A stretch of 64,000 nucleotides of DNA. Source: an uncultured Ignavibacteriaceae bacterium. GTDB taxonomy: Bacteria > Bacteroidota > Ignavibacteria > UBA10030. The stretch is taken from contig CAZHOJ010000002.1 of assembly GCA_964534125.1 (NCBI GenBank), positions 68,696 through 132,695 on the forward strand, written 5' to 3'. Every line of letters starts with the position of its first letter. The first letter of the stretch is position 1. Of this stretch, positions 1 through 8,660 are shown piece by piece. The notes below the pieces were generated by a model. That model had not been told where the DNA came from. It was given only the letters and a program-made list of their open reading frames with translations, and did not search any database. The translations under genes were made by a program, and so were the position numbers.

Positions 1-32
1 GGAGACAATGAGTCCGGAAGGCAGGATGGTGC

Positions 33-3000
33 TCACGAACGTAAGGGGCTCTTGCCGCTGAACAGGATACGAAAGGTCTTGATCTCGAACGGCTTCAGGC
101 GTACAGCCATCCGACCCTTCCTCGCGGTCAGAGATTTCTGGTCCTGTTCGAGAAGGTCACACTCCGCTACGTAGGTGGGTGCCTTGAAGAGGCTCAGTAT
201 GCAGTCGGTCGCAAGGCCGTGGGCTTCGTACATCCTGACGACATACCCTTTCCCATCCTCTGCCCGCTTGAAGGCGGTGATGACCACGCCCGGCTTGTTG
301 ACCGAGAACATGGTGTCGAGCGGCTTCTTCGGACGTCCCGGGAGAACGAGAGGCGCCACATTGAAGGCTCGCGCCTCGGCGACGACCTTTCCGTTCCGCC
401 AGCTTCCCGGAAAAGGATAGAGGGCGTACCGGAACTGGTGCTCGCCCTGGTCGATGACCACATTGTCCGTGAGATGCCACGGCTCCAGGGGATGAGGATA
501 GCGAGGAGACCGGATGAGCGAGAGCCGGAGCGTATGGTCCTTGCAGTCGTACGCGTACTTTGAATCGTTCAGGATCGCCGCGCCGTATTTATTGTCGCTC
601 AACGCTGCCCATTGCTGGGCCGGAACCTCGTACTTGGCCTTGTCCGCTGGTATCTTCGAACGGTTCGGACGCTCGATGGTCCCGAACTGGATCTCATATG
701 CTGCTGACGTTGTGCGCGGGGCGAGCGGGAAGGCGACCTTGAGGAACGTATGTTCTTCCTTCCATCGAACCGTCGTATCGAAATCGATGCGCGAGGTCCG
801 GTGATACATGTGGATGGTCTGCCGGATGGTCGACCCGTTGGGCGACCGGTACTCCTGCAGGACGGTGACCCTCAGCGGCCCCTCCTCGGTTATCTTCGTT
901 CCCTTCATCTCGAACAGGTCGAGACGATGGCGATCGAGGTCCGGAGCCATCTCCCACGCTTCCCAATCCTTTGGAACGTCCCTGAACGTCTGGAAGAGAT
1001 TCCCCCGCTTGCCCTTATGCAGTATGTCCTTCTTGAGCTTCTTGTCGAAGACCGCGCTCAGGCCCCCCTTGTTGTCGAATCGCACGCGCAGGGTGGGAGA
1101 TTCGATCGCCCGCGCTGAGATCTTCCAGTCGGACGGGATCTCTGAAGCCTGCCCCTCAGCTGTCCGGACGCACACGATCACGGAACCAGACCCGTCGAGG
1201 TATGGAACGTACAGAAGCAGTCGTGTGGAGGTCTTCTCTCTCGCCAGGACCTGGTGCTCGATCACTTTCCCGTCGTGATCGGTCACCTCGAACGCAGGGC
1301 CAGCCAGCGGGACATCGACCTCGACATACGCATCACGCGGGGATGAGAGAGGATTCAGGATCGTGAACCACGACTCGGTCCGGGACCTTTTTTGCGGCGC
1401 GAGCAGTGCACGCGTGTTGCGCTGGATGATCAGGTTTGCTGAAGCGCGAACGCGCTCGACCTCAGCTTCAATATCCTCACGGGCCTCTTTGATGAAGGTG
1501 CCCGGGACGATATCGTGGAACTGGTTCAGAAGAAGGCCTTTCCAGGCGCTATCCAGTTCGCCCACCGGATACAGTGTGCGTTGTACGCCCGGAAGCAGGT
1601 CGGTCATGCAACTGAGGACCTCGGCGATATACAGGGCGTGTTCGAGCTCGCGGTTCGCCTTCTTGAGCCAGGCATGCGTGGTATAGGTCCCGCGATGCTT
1701 CTCGAGATACAGCTCTCCATTCCAGGTCGGGAATGCTGACGCGTGTTCTTCAAGCTCTTTGAAGAACCTGCCTGGCGTCGACATGCTCGTGCGGGGGAGG
1801 CCGGGAACGTTCCTGTATACCTCCAGTGATTCGATCTGCTCAGGAGTGACTCCGCCGCCTCCGTCCCCGTATCCAAACGTCTGCATGGCCGGGGGTGTGC
1901 CGTCATCTTCATCGAGCTCTTTGGCGGAAGCAAGGAGATCCTGCGGACGGAGGCTCGCCTCGAGACCGAGCATCGGGACATAGGAAAGGACCCGTGTGCC
2001 ATCAATGCCCTGCCAGTGGAACGCCGTATGGGGAAACTTCGTCGTGTCATTCCACCGCAGTTTGGTCGTGAAGAAGTACTTGAACCCGGACTTCCGGAGG
2101 ATCTGGGGAAGGGACCAGGTGTAGCCGAACGTGTCTGGCAACCAGAAGACGTCGGATGAGGTGCCGTACTCGGTCCTGAAGTATGCCGACCCGTGCAGGA
2201 TCTGGCGGATGAGTGATTCACCCGAAGGAATGTTGCAGTCAGGCTCGACCCATGTCCGTCCTACCGCCTCCCAGCGGCCATCAGAGATAGCCTGCTTGAT
2301 GGAGGAGTGGATCTGCGGGTACGCCTTTTTCGTCAGGTCGTACAGGACTGCCTGGCTCTGGGAGTAGGTGAAGTCCGGGTATCGCTCGAGCATCCGGAGT
2401 GCGGTCGAGAACGTCCTCCCTGATTTCCGGACAGTCTCGGCCAGCTGCCACAACCAGACAACGTCCAGGTGTGATTGTCCAACGGCATGGATGGAGCCCC
2501 GGATCGTCGTGTAGAATTCGTCTCCAAGGGCCCCCCGCAGAAATGCCACGCCGCGTGCGATGGCGTTAGGATATTCGTCGCTCTTCGGGTCGTAGTACTT
2601 GACAAAGATCAGGGCCCGCCGGATGATCTCGCGTACCCGTGCAAGAGCGTCAGACCTGGGATCGAGCTGTCCTTCAAGGTCGCGCAGCGTCATCAGGGAG
2701 GTGCGGTATGTCCTGACGGATTGATTGACCTCGACCAGCTCGGCGATCTCGAACAGGTGCTTGTCACGCGTCCGCCCGGGATACGCCTCCACGGCGATCT
2801 GGAGCTGCTGGTTCCGGCGCGCCTTGTCGAAAATGATAGCTTCAGTGTGGTGCTTGTCGAAGCCCTGAAGCGGCTGGCCGTTGACGAACACAAGGGCCTC
2901 GGGCATGTTCAGCCGGATCCCGACGGTCTTTCCTGACAGCTCATCAGGCAGCATCACCTGGGTCCGGAACCAGACGGTGCGGTCATATTTCCCCCACTCG

Positions 3001-3161
3001 AAGGGGATGCGGATCTCTGCAAATCCCTTTTCCTTGAACGCGCTCTTGGCGCCTCCAGCGATGTCCCCCTCTTTCATCCTCCAGTCGAGAAGAGGAAAGC
3101 GCTGAGGATAGATCGCCTCTTCGATGGAGGGGAGGGTCTGTTCAAGAAGGTCGTTCGCCAT
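33..3161 (-). CDS. Glycoside hydrolase family 38 alpha-mannosidase (start placed at MANDLL; the ORF-track N-terminal extension to 3284 looks non-coding)
   Basis: GH38 N-terminal catalytic signature HAVGQSHLDVVWLW followed by a long GH38 central and C-terminal body; more than 1000 aa as expected for the family. Confidence 0.85.
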   Translation of the reverse strand: MANDLLEQTLPSIEEAIYPQRFPLLDWRMKEGDIAGGAKSAFKEKGFAEIRIPFEWGKYDRTVWFRTQVMLPDELSGKTVGIRLNMPEALVFVNGQPLQGFDKHHTEAIIFDKARRNQQLQIAVEAYPGRTRDKHLFEIAELVEVNQSVRTYRTSLMTLRDLEGQLDPRSDALARVREIIRRALIFVKYYDPKSDEYPNAIARGVAFLRGALGDEFYTTIRGSIHAVGQSHLDVVWLWQLAETVRKSGRTFSTALRMLERYPDFTYSQSQAVLYDLTKKAYPQIHSSIKQAISDGRWEAVGRTWVEPDCNIPSGESLIRQILHGSAYFRTEYGTSSDVFWLPDTFGYTWSLPQILRKSGFKYFFTTKLRWNDTTKFPHTAFHWQGIDGTRVLSYVPMLGLEASLRPQDLLASAKELDEDDGTPPAMQTFGYGDGGGGVTPEQIESLEVYRNVPGLPRTSMSTPGRFFKELEEHASAFPTWNGELYLEKHRGTYTTHAWLKKANRELEHALYIAEVLSCMTDLLPGVQRTLYPVGELDSAWKGLLLNQFHDIVPGTFIKEAREDIEAEVERVRASANLIIQRNTRALLAPQKRSRTESWFTILNPLSSPRDAYVEVDVPLAGPAFEVTDHDGKVIEHQVLAREKTSTRLLLYVPYLDGSGSVIVCVRTAEGQASEIPSDWKISARAIESPTLRVRFDNKGGLSAVFDKKLKKDILHKGKRGNLFQTFRDVPKDWEAWEMAPDLDRHRLDLFEMKGTKITEEGPLRVTVLQEYRSPNGSTIRQTIHMYHRTSRIDFDTTVRWKEEHTFLKVAFPLAPRTTSAAYEIQFGTIERPNRSKIPADKAKYEVPAQQWAALSDNKYGAAILNDSKYAYDCKDHTLRLSLIRSPRYPHPLEPWHLTDNVVIDQGEHQFRYALYPFPGSWRNGKVVAEARAFNVAPLVLPGRPKKPLDTMFSVNKPGVVITAFKRAEDGKGYVVRMYEAHGLATDCILSLFKAPTYVAECDLLEQDQKSLTARKGRMAVRLKPFEIKTFRILFSGKSPLRS

Positions 3162-3364
3162 TTTTGCTCGAAAAAGGGGCTTTTTCCGGAAAATTTTGGA
3201 GGAAGATAAGGAATCTGCGAGTCCGCCGCAAGCATATTCGTCATAGGGCCACCAGATTGCATGTTGCGAGGGCTTCGTGTACATTTGCCCGTTTCATGCA
3301 TCTCTCGCGACTACGTTCCTGATCCTTTCACACCCATAAGCTTTCCTTCCCGACCAGAGGTCAC

Positions 3365-5125
3365 ATGGAAATTCTTGATTGGAGCATTGTCCTCGTCTAC
3401 TTCGCGCTGAGTGTGGCCATTGGACTCTATTACGCCAAAAGGGCGGGGAAGGACATCGGAGAGTTCTTCCTCTCCGGTCGGAATCTCCCCTGGTGGCTTG
3501 CCGGCACATCGATGGTCGCCACGACATTCGCCGCTGATACGCCGTTGGCTGTCACAGAGCTCGTGGCAAAGAACGGGATCGCAGGCAATTGGCTGTGGTG
3601 GAACTTTCTGTTCGGGTCGATACTGACGGTGTTCTTCTTCTCGCGGCTCTGGAGGCGTGCCGGCATTCTCACGGATGTCGAGTTCGTGGAATTGCGCTAT
3701 GCAGGGAAGCCTGCGGCCTTCCTCCGCGGGTTCAGGGCCCTCTACCTTGGGCTCTTTATTAACTGTGTGATCATGGCGTGGGTGAACGTGGCCATGGCCG
3801 CCATCCTCGAGGGGATGTTCGGCGTCCCTGCGGGGCAGGTCATGATCTATATTATCATAGCCATGATCATCACCGCCATCTATTCGGCCACATCCGGCAT
3901 GTGGGGTGTCGCCGTGACCGACGCATTCCAGTTCGTCCTGGCGATGGGGGGAACGATAGCGCTGGCCATTGTCGTCCTCGACCTTCCCCAGGTGGGGGGC
4001 GTTGCAGGCCTGCGCGCGCAGTTGCCCGAGTGGGCGCTGCTGTTCACCCCGAAGATCGGCGATATTTCTGTATCAGATGGGGCGGGCGGTGTTCTCGCCC
4101 TTTCTGCGGGCGCGTTCATGGCGTTCATCGGGGTCCAATGGTGGGCATCATGGTATCCCGGGGCCGAACCCGGCGGCGGTGGCTACGTCGCCCAACGGAT
4201 GATGTCTGCGAAGGACGAGCGACATTCATTGTTCGCGACGCTCTGGTTCACGATTGCACACTACTGTTTGCGCCCGTGGCCATGGATCCTCGTGGGGCTG
4301 GCGACGCTCATTCTCTATCCGGACCTTTCAGAAGCAGATAAGAAGCTCGGATATGTCTACGCCATGCGGGACTTCCTTCCGAGCGGTCTGAAGGGTGTTC
4401 TCGTCGCCTCGTTCTTCGCCGCATATATGTCGACGATCGCAACGCAGCTCAATTGGGGCACATCATATGTCGTGAACGATTTCTATAAACGGTTCGTCGC
4501 ATCGGATGCCCCTCAAAAGCGTCTCGTGCTCGTCTCGCGTATCACGACGATCGTGGTCATGGTGACATCGCTCTTCGTGACGCAGATCATCGACACTATC
4601 TCGGGCGCATGGACATTCATCATCGAGGCGGGGGCGGGGCTGGGGCTCGTCCTCATTCTTCGCTGGTTCTGGTGGAGGATCAATGCGTGGTCTGAGATCA
4701 CGGCCATGCTGGTCCCTCTGGCAACCTATGCTGTCATCGTCACATTCACTGACCTTGTCTTCCCTACCTCCTTGTTCATCATCGTAGGGATCACCACTGT
4801 CTCGTGGTTGACAGTGACGATGCTCACCACGCCGGTCCCGGAAGAAAAATTGCTGTCGTTCTATCGCAGAGTCCATCCCGGTGGGCTCGGCTGGAAGAAT
4901 ATCGCCGCAAAGGCGCCTGATGTGCGGGGCGACGCCGATTTTGGGGCATTAGCCATCAGTTGGGTGATCGGTGTCGTGATGGTCTATTCAGCCCTTTTTG
5001 GGATTGGATATGTCATTTTTGGGGATACCATCCAGGGTTCGGTCTTCCTTGGGCTCGCAGTATTGTGCGCATATGCCATGAATCGAACGATGAAGCGCAT
5101 CGGATTCACGGCTCTCGTCAAGTAA
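3365..5125 (+). CDS. Sodium:solute symporter family (SSF) transporter
   Basis: Thirteen or more hydrophobic segments; N-terminal SSF motif GR(N)LPWWLAGTSMVAT.FAADT; divergently transcribed from the GH38 gene. Confidence 0.85.
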   Translation: MEILDWSIVLVYFALSVAIGLYYAKRAGKDIGEFFLSGRNLPWWLAGTSMVATTFAADTPLAVTELVAKNGIAGNWLWWNFLFGSILTVFFFSRLWRRAGILTDVEFVELRYAGKPAAFLRGFRALYLGLFINCVIMAWVNVAMAAILEGMFGVPAGQVMIYIIIAMIITAIYSATSGMWGVAVTDAFQFVLAMGGTIALAIVVLDLPQVGGVAGLRAQLPEWALLFTPKIGDISVSDGAGGVLALSAGAFMAFIGVQWWASWYPGAEPGGGGYVAQRMMSAKDERHSLFATLWFTIAHYCLRPWPWILVGLATLILYPDLSEADKKLGYVYAMRDFLPSGLKGVLVASFFAAYMSTIATQLNWGTSYVVNDFYKRFVASDAPQKRLVLVSRITTIVVMVTSLFVTQIIDTISGAWTFIIEAGAGLGLVLILRWFWWRINAWSEITAMLVPLATYAVIVTFTDLVFPTSLFIIVGITTVSWLTVTMLTTPVPEEKLLSFYRRVHPGGLGWKNIAAKAPDVRGDADFGALAISWVIGVVMVYSALFGIGYVIFGDTIQGSVFLGLAVLCAYAMNRTMKRIGFTALVK

Positions 5126-5283
5126 CACGGGATGGATCCATCCCGGCAGGGCGTCGGGGCCACTCAGTGATGTTCGCCACGTATCGTGCGGATCACGCAG
5201 GAACCTCCGATGGTTGGAGGTACTGAACCGGATGCCACACGAGAAGAAGTTAAAAGCTCAAAACTGCGTTGTTTTTGGGCATT

Positions 5284-5291
5284 TATCTTTG
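5284..5291 (+). promoter_or_regulatory. FCB/Bacteroidetes-type -7 promoter element TATCTTTG upstream of the receiver-domain gene
   Basis: Exact match to TAnnTTTG about 29 nt upstream of the ATG at 5320. Confidence 0.4.
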
Positions 5292-5319
5292 TAGGTTCTC
5301 TCCGCATACTGTAAGGAAT

Positions 5320-5724
5320 ATGCCGTACACGGTTCTCATAGCGGACGACGACGAAGGACAGCGAAAATCGCACGGATTCGCGCTGGAAGTCGCCACAGCC
5401 ATAGTGGAAGACGAGATCGCGATCGTCGAAACGGCGAACAGTGTCGAGACCTTCCAGCAGATCAAGTCCAACCATTTCGACCTCATCATTCTGGACAACG
5501 ATTTCAAGGACCTGAACCTCAAAGGTCACCTTCCCGGCATTGCCCTTTTGCAGCTCGCGAAACGAGAGGGTCCGAATAAAAAGACGCCAACCTTCTTCTG
5601 CAGCGCAGATGCCTACGATACACTTAAGACAATGGTTGAGAAGTTCGGCGGAATCTATCTGCCGAAAGTAGGCTACGATATCGAGAAGGTTGCACAGCTG
5701 TTCGCCGAAGTCCTGAAGAAGTAG
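5320..5724 (+). CDS. Stand-alone response-regulator receiver (CheY-like) domain protein
   Basis: VLIADDDE...D..ILD...LP pattern typical of REC domains; no output domain; no adjacent histidine kinase. Confidence 0.6.
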   Translation: MPYTVLIADDDEGQRKSHGFALEVATAIVEDEIAIVETANSVETFQQIKSNHFDLIILDNDFKDLNLKGHLPGIALLQLAKREGPNKKTPTFFCSADAYDTLKTMVEKFGGIYLPKVGYDIEKVAQLFAEVLKK

Positions 5725-5886
5725 TCCCTCAGCAGATACCTGTTTCTCTTCTCAGTGTAGCACTCCACTTGCCTCGTCGTGTCCGTTTGTGATTCCTTCG
5801 GACGGATCGCTGTATCCACTTCCCTCGGTTGACCTTTCCTTCTGAAACTTCTACATTCGTGGTGTAACGTCGTACGGATATCTGTC

Positions 5887-6360
5887 ATGTATGAACGAAC
5901 GCTCCACTCAGCTGTACGGTATCTCGCAACGGTACCGCGGCACACCGTTCCGATACGGGACCTGTGGGATGCGGTCACAAAGGAATCCAGGGCCTCGAAC
6001 ATCGAGGAGTGTGCACTTCCCGATTTCGCTGCGCTCCTCGAGGCGGACGCACGTTTCGCTATCCTCGAGAACGGATTCGATCCAGAGGAGATCGACCTCG
6101 ATCTGATGGACGATGAGGGAAGGGAGTTGCTCGACCTCGGATTCTCACCGCTATGCCTCGTCACCCTCCGGCGCGAGCCGGAAGGAGAAGACTCCGAGGA
6201 GATGCCGAGCATCGTGCACAAGCATTTCTCGGAGACGAAGCCGCTGAAAGTACCGGGCGATCGTTCATCGAACGGTCGGACACGACGTTCACGTCCCAGG
6301 AGGGGTTCTTCGGACGCTTCACGGACGAAGAAACAAGGCGCACGGCGCCGCCGCGCATAA
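5887..6360 (+). CDS. Hypothetical protein with acidic core and Arg/Lys-rich C-terminal tail
   Basis: ORF fills the gap before prmC; protein-like composition (acidic stretch EEIDLDLMDDEGRELLDLGF), whereas the overlapping minus-strand ORF is Arg-rich antisense-like. Confidence 0.45.
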   Translation: MYERTLHSAVRYLATVPRHTVPIRDLWDAVTKESRASNIEECALPDFAALLEADARFAILENGFDPEEIDLDLMDDEGRELLDLGFSPLCLVTLRREPEGEDSEEMPSIVHKHFSETKPLKVPGDRSSNGRTRRSRPRRGSSDASRTKKQGARRRRA

Positions 6361-6363
6361 GGT

Positions 6364-7266
6364 ATGTTCGAAACTTCCACCCGCAGGTGGACCGTCCGGG
6401 ACCTGATGAAGGTCTCTATCGACTATCTCACGCGGAAGGGGATCGATGAGGCTCGATTGACCGTCGAGCTCCTGCTCTCGCATGCGCTCGAGTGGCCGCG
6501 GCTCAGATTGTATACCCATCATGACCTTCCGTTGGCGGAAGACGAACTGCAGCGTTTCCGTTCGCTCTTGCGCCGGCGCTTGTCGCAGGAACCAGTGCAG
6601 TACATCATCGGCGAGGCGCACTTCATGGGGCTGCAATTCCATGTCGATGAGCGGGTATTGATACCGCGCCCCGAGACGGAGACGCTCGTCGAACAGGTCA
6701 TCCTCTGGTGCAAGGAACAGGAAACGGGGCGTGTCCTTCGCTTGCTGGATATCGGAACGGGTTCAGGGAACATTGCTCTGTCATGCGCGAAGTTCGTGAA
6801 GGACCTGCATGTCACATGTGTCGACAACAATGCGGGACCGCTGGATGTCGCTTGGACGAACGCAGAACGCCATGGTGTTCGGGATAGGGTCGTGGTGAGG
6901 GAGTGGGACATGACGCAGGAGGTTCCGGTGGAGCTTCGGCATTCCTTCGATATCGTCGTTTCCAATCCCCCCTATGTCCCGCTTGCCGAATGGGAGCATC
7001 TGCTCCCCCATGTGCGTGACGCAGAGCCCCAGCGCGCATTGACGGATGGAGGAGATGGATTTCATTTTCATCGGAGGATCGTGGGCCTTGCGTTCGACCT
7101 GTTGGCGGTCGATGGACCAGTCATGCTGGAGGTCGGCGACAGCCAGGCAGATGAGGTCGCGCGCATCATGAAGCAGGCCGGGGCGATGAGCGTCCTGGTG
7201 ACAGAAGACCTTTCGCGGGTCCCACGCATCGTCACAGGCCATTTCTCAAAGGCCTCTTTACAATAG
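6364..7266 (+). CDS. prmC: Release-factor glutamine N5-methyltransferase PrmC (HemK)
   Basis: SAM-MTase motif LDIGTGSG and the substrate-binding NPPY motif (VVSNPPYV). Confidence 0.9.
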   Translation: MFETSTRRWTVRDLMKVSIDYLTRKGIDEARLTVELLLSHALEWPRLRLYTHHDLPLAEDELQRFRSLLRRRLSQEPVQYIIGEAHFMGLQFHVDERVLIPRPETETLVEQVILWCKEQETGRVLRLLDIGTGSGNIALSCAKFVKDLHVTCVDNNAGPLDVAWTNAERHGVRDRVVVREWDMTQEVPVELRHSFDIVVSNPPYVPLAEWEHLLPHVRDAEPQRALTDGGDGFHFHRRIVGLAFDLLAVDGPVMLEVGDSQADEVARIMKQAGAMSVLVTEDLSRVPRIVTGHFSKASLQ

Positions 7267-7269
7267 ACC

Positions 7270-7737
7270 ATGAAAGCAGTTCTCCAGCGGGTCTCCTCAG
7301 CGAGCGTTCAGGTCGACGGCAACATCGTCGGAAGCATCTCTGCCGGCCTGCTGGTGCTCCTGGGTATAAAGAAAGAGGATGCGGACACTGACGCGGAGTC
7401 GCTTGCCCAGCGGTGTTCCGTCCTCAGGGTCTTTGCGGACGATCAGGGGAAAATGAACCTCTCCGTCCGGGACATGGGAGGCCAGATTCTCGTCGTATCA
7501 CAGTTCACGCTGTATGGCGACACCAGGAAGGGGACCCGCCCCAGCTACTCCAATGCAGCGCCCCCTGATGAGGCAGAGCGCCTGTACGATCTGTTCGTGG
7601 CCCAGCTGAAGGACCTTCTCGGCGCCGAGAAGGTGAGAACAGGCGTATTCGGGGCCATGATGCAGGTAAGCCTCGTGAATGACGGTCCGGTCACTGTTAT
7701 GGTCGAGACCCCGCCGGGGGGAGCATCGCCGTCGTGA
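7270..7737 (+). CDS. dtd: D-aminoacyl-tRNA deacylase
   Basis: Classic Dtd sequence MKAVLQRV...SQFTLYGD...NDGPVT; about 150 aa. Confidence 0.9.
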   Translation: MKAVLQRVSSASVQVDGNIVGSISAGLLVLLGIKKEDADTDAESLAQRCSVLRVFADDQGKMNLSVRDMGGQILVVSQFTLYGDTRKGTRPSYSNAAPPDEAERLYDLFVAQLKDLLGAEKVRTGVFGAMMQVSLVNDGPVTVMVETPPGGASPS

Positions 7738-8660
7738 AGGTGTTCCTGCTGTTCCTTGACGGCGTCGGCATCGGGACGAAGGACCCCGATGTCAATCCGT
7801 TCTTTCGGGCATCATTGCCGGCTTTGCGGAGTCTTTTCGGGGGAGAGATCCCGCACGCTGACAGCCCGGTTCAGCAAGGGCCCTCGGCCATCGGGTTTGG
7901 CGTGGATGCGAACCTCGGCGTGGACGGTTTGCCACAGAGCGGGACAGGGCAGGCGACGATCTTCACCGGGGAGAATGCCGCGCGGAAGTTTGGCAGACAC
8001 TTCGGTCCGTTCCTCCCAAGCGACCTTAAGCCGATGGTCACCGAGCGGAGCATGTTCGCGCACGTCCGACGAAGCGGAAGGTCTGCTGTATTCGCCAATG
8101 CATTTCCGCAGCGCTACTTCGATTATACGAACGGAGGCACACGTCGGCTCTCCGCTCTTGTGTTCTCCGCTGTTTCGGCAGGAGTGCCGCTCCTCTCCGC
8201 CGACGACCTCGCACGTGACCAGGCCGTCTCTGCAGATTTTCTCCGCGACCGATGGCCGGAGCTCGGCCATCCCGAGGTTGCCCCTGTGTCAGCTCACGAC
8301 GCAGGTCTCCATGCGGCACGACTGGCCGCACAGAACGATCTGACAGTCTTCGACTACTGGCTCCCGGACCACACCGGTCACAGGCAGAACATGCCGAACG
8401 CCGTGCGTGTGCTCGAGAACCTGGACGCGTTCCTGGACGGTCTCGTCCGGAACATCGATGTGCAGCACGTCACAGTCCTTGGCATCAGCGACCATGGGAA
8501 TGTCGAAGACCTGAGTACGAAAGCACATACTCGTAATCCGGCATTTTCTTTTCTTGTGGGGAGGAGGCGTGACGAAGCGCAGCGGATCAGCTCGCTCACC
8601 GACGTCGCGCCGTTCGTGTACGAGTGCCTCAACGTTCCAATGCCATCCAAAGGGGGGTAG
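7734..8660 (+). CDS. Alkaline-phosphatase-superfamily metalloenzyme (phosphopentomutase / cofactor-independent PGM-like)
   Basis: N-terminal LFLDGVGIG metal-binding region and C-terminal ISDHGN motif; GTGA overlap with the dtd stop. Confidence 0.6.
   Translation: MKVFLLFLDGVGIGTKDPDVNPFFRASLPALRSLFGGEIPHADSPVQQGPSAIGFGVDANLGVDGLPQSGTGQATIFTGENAARKFGRHFGPFLPSDLKPMVTERSMFAHVRRSGRSAVFANAFPQRYFDYTNGGTRRLSALVFSAVSAGVPLLSADDLARDQAVSADFLRDRWPELGHPEVAPVSAHDAGLHAARLAAQNDLTVFDYWLPDHTGHRQNMPNAVRVLENLDAFLDGLVRNIDVQHVTVLGISDHGNVEDLSTKAHTRNPAFSFLVGRRRDEAQRISSLTDVAPFVYECLNVPMPSKGG

Noticed and set aside
3778-4341. 187-aa + strand ORF internal to the SSF transporter gene (alternative frame), and similar embedded ORFs (e.g. 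10290-10799, 8694-9248, 15911-16231)
   Set aside because: Arg/Gly/His-rich, low-complexity translations in off-frames of confidently assigned genes. Typical high-GC artefacts.
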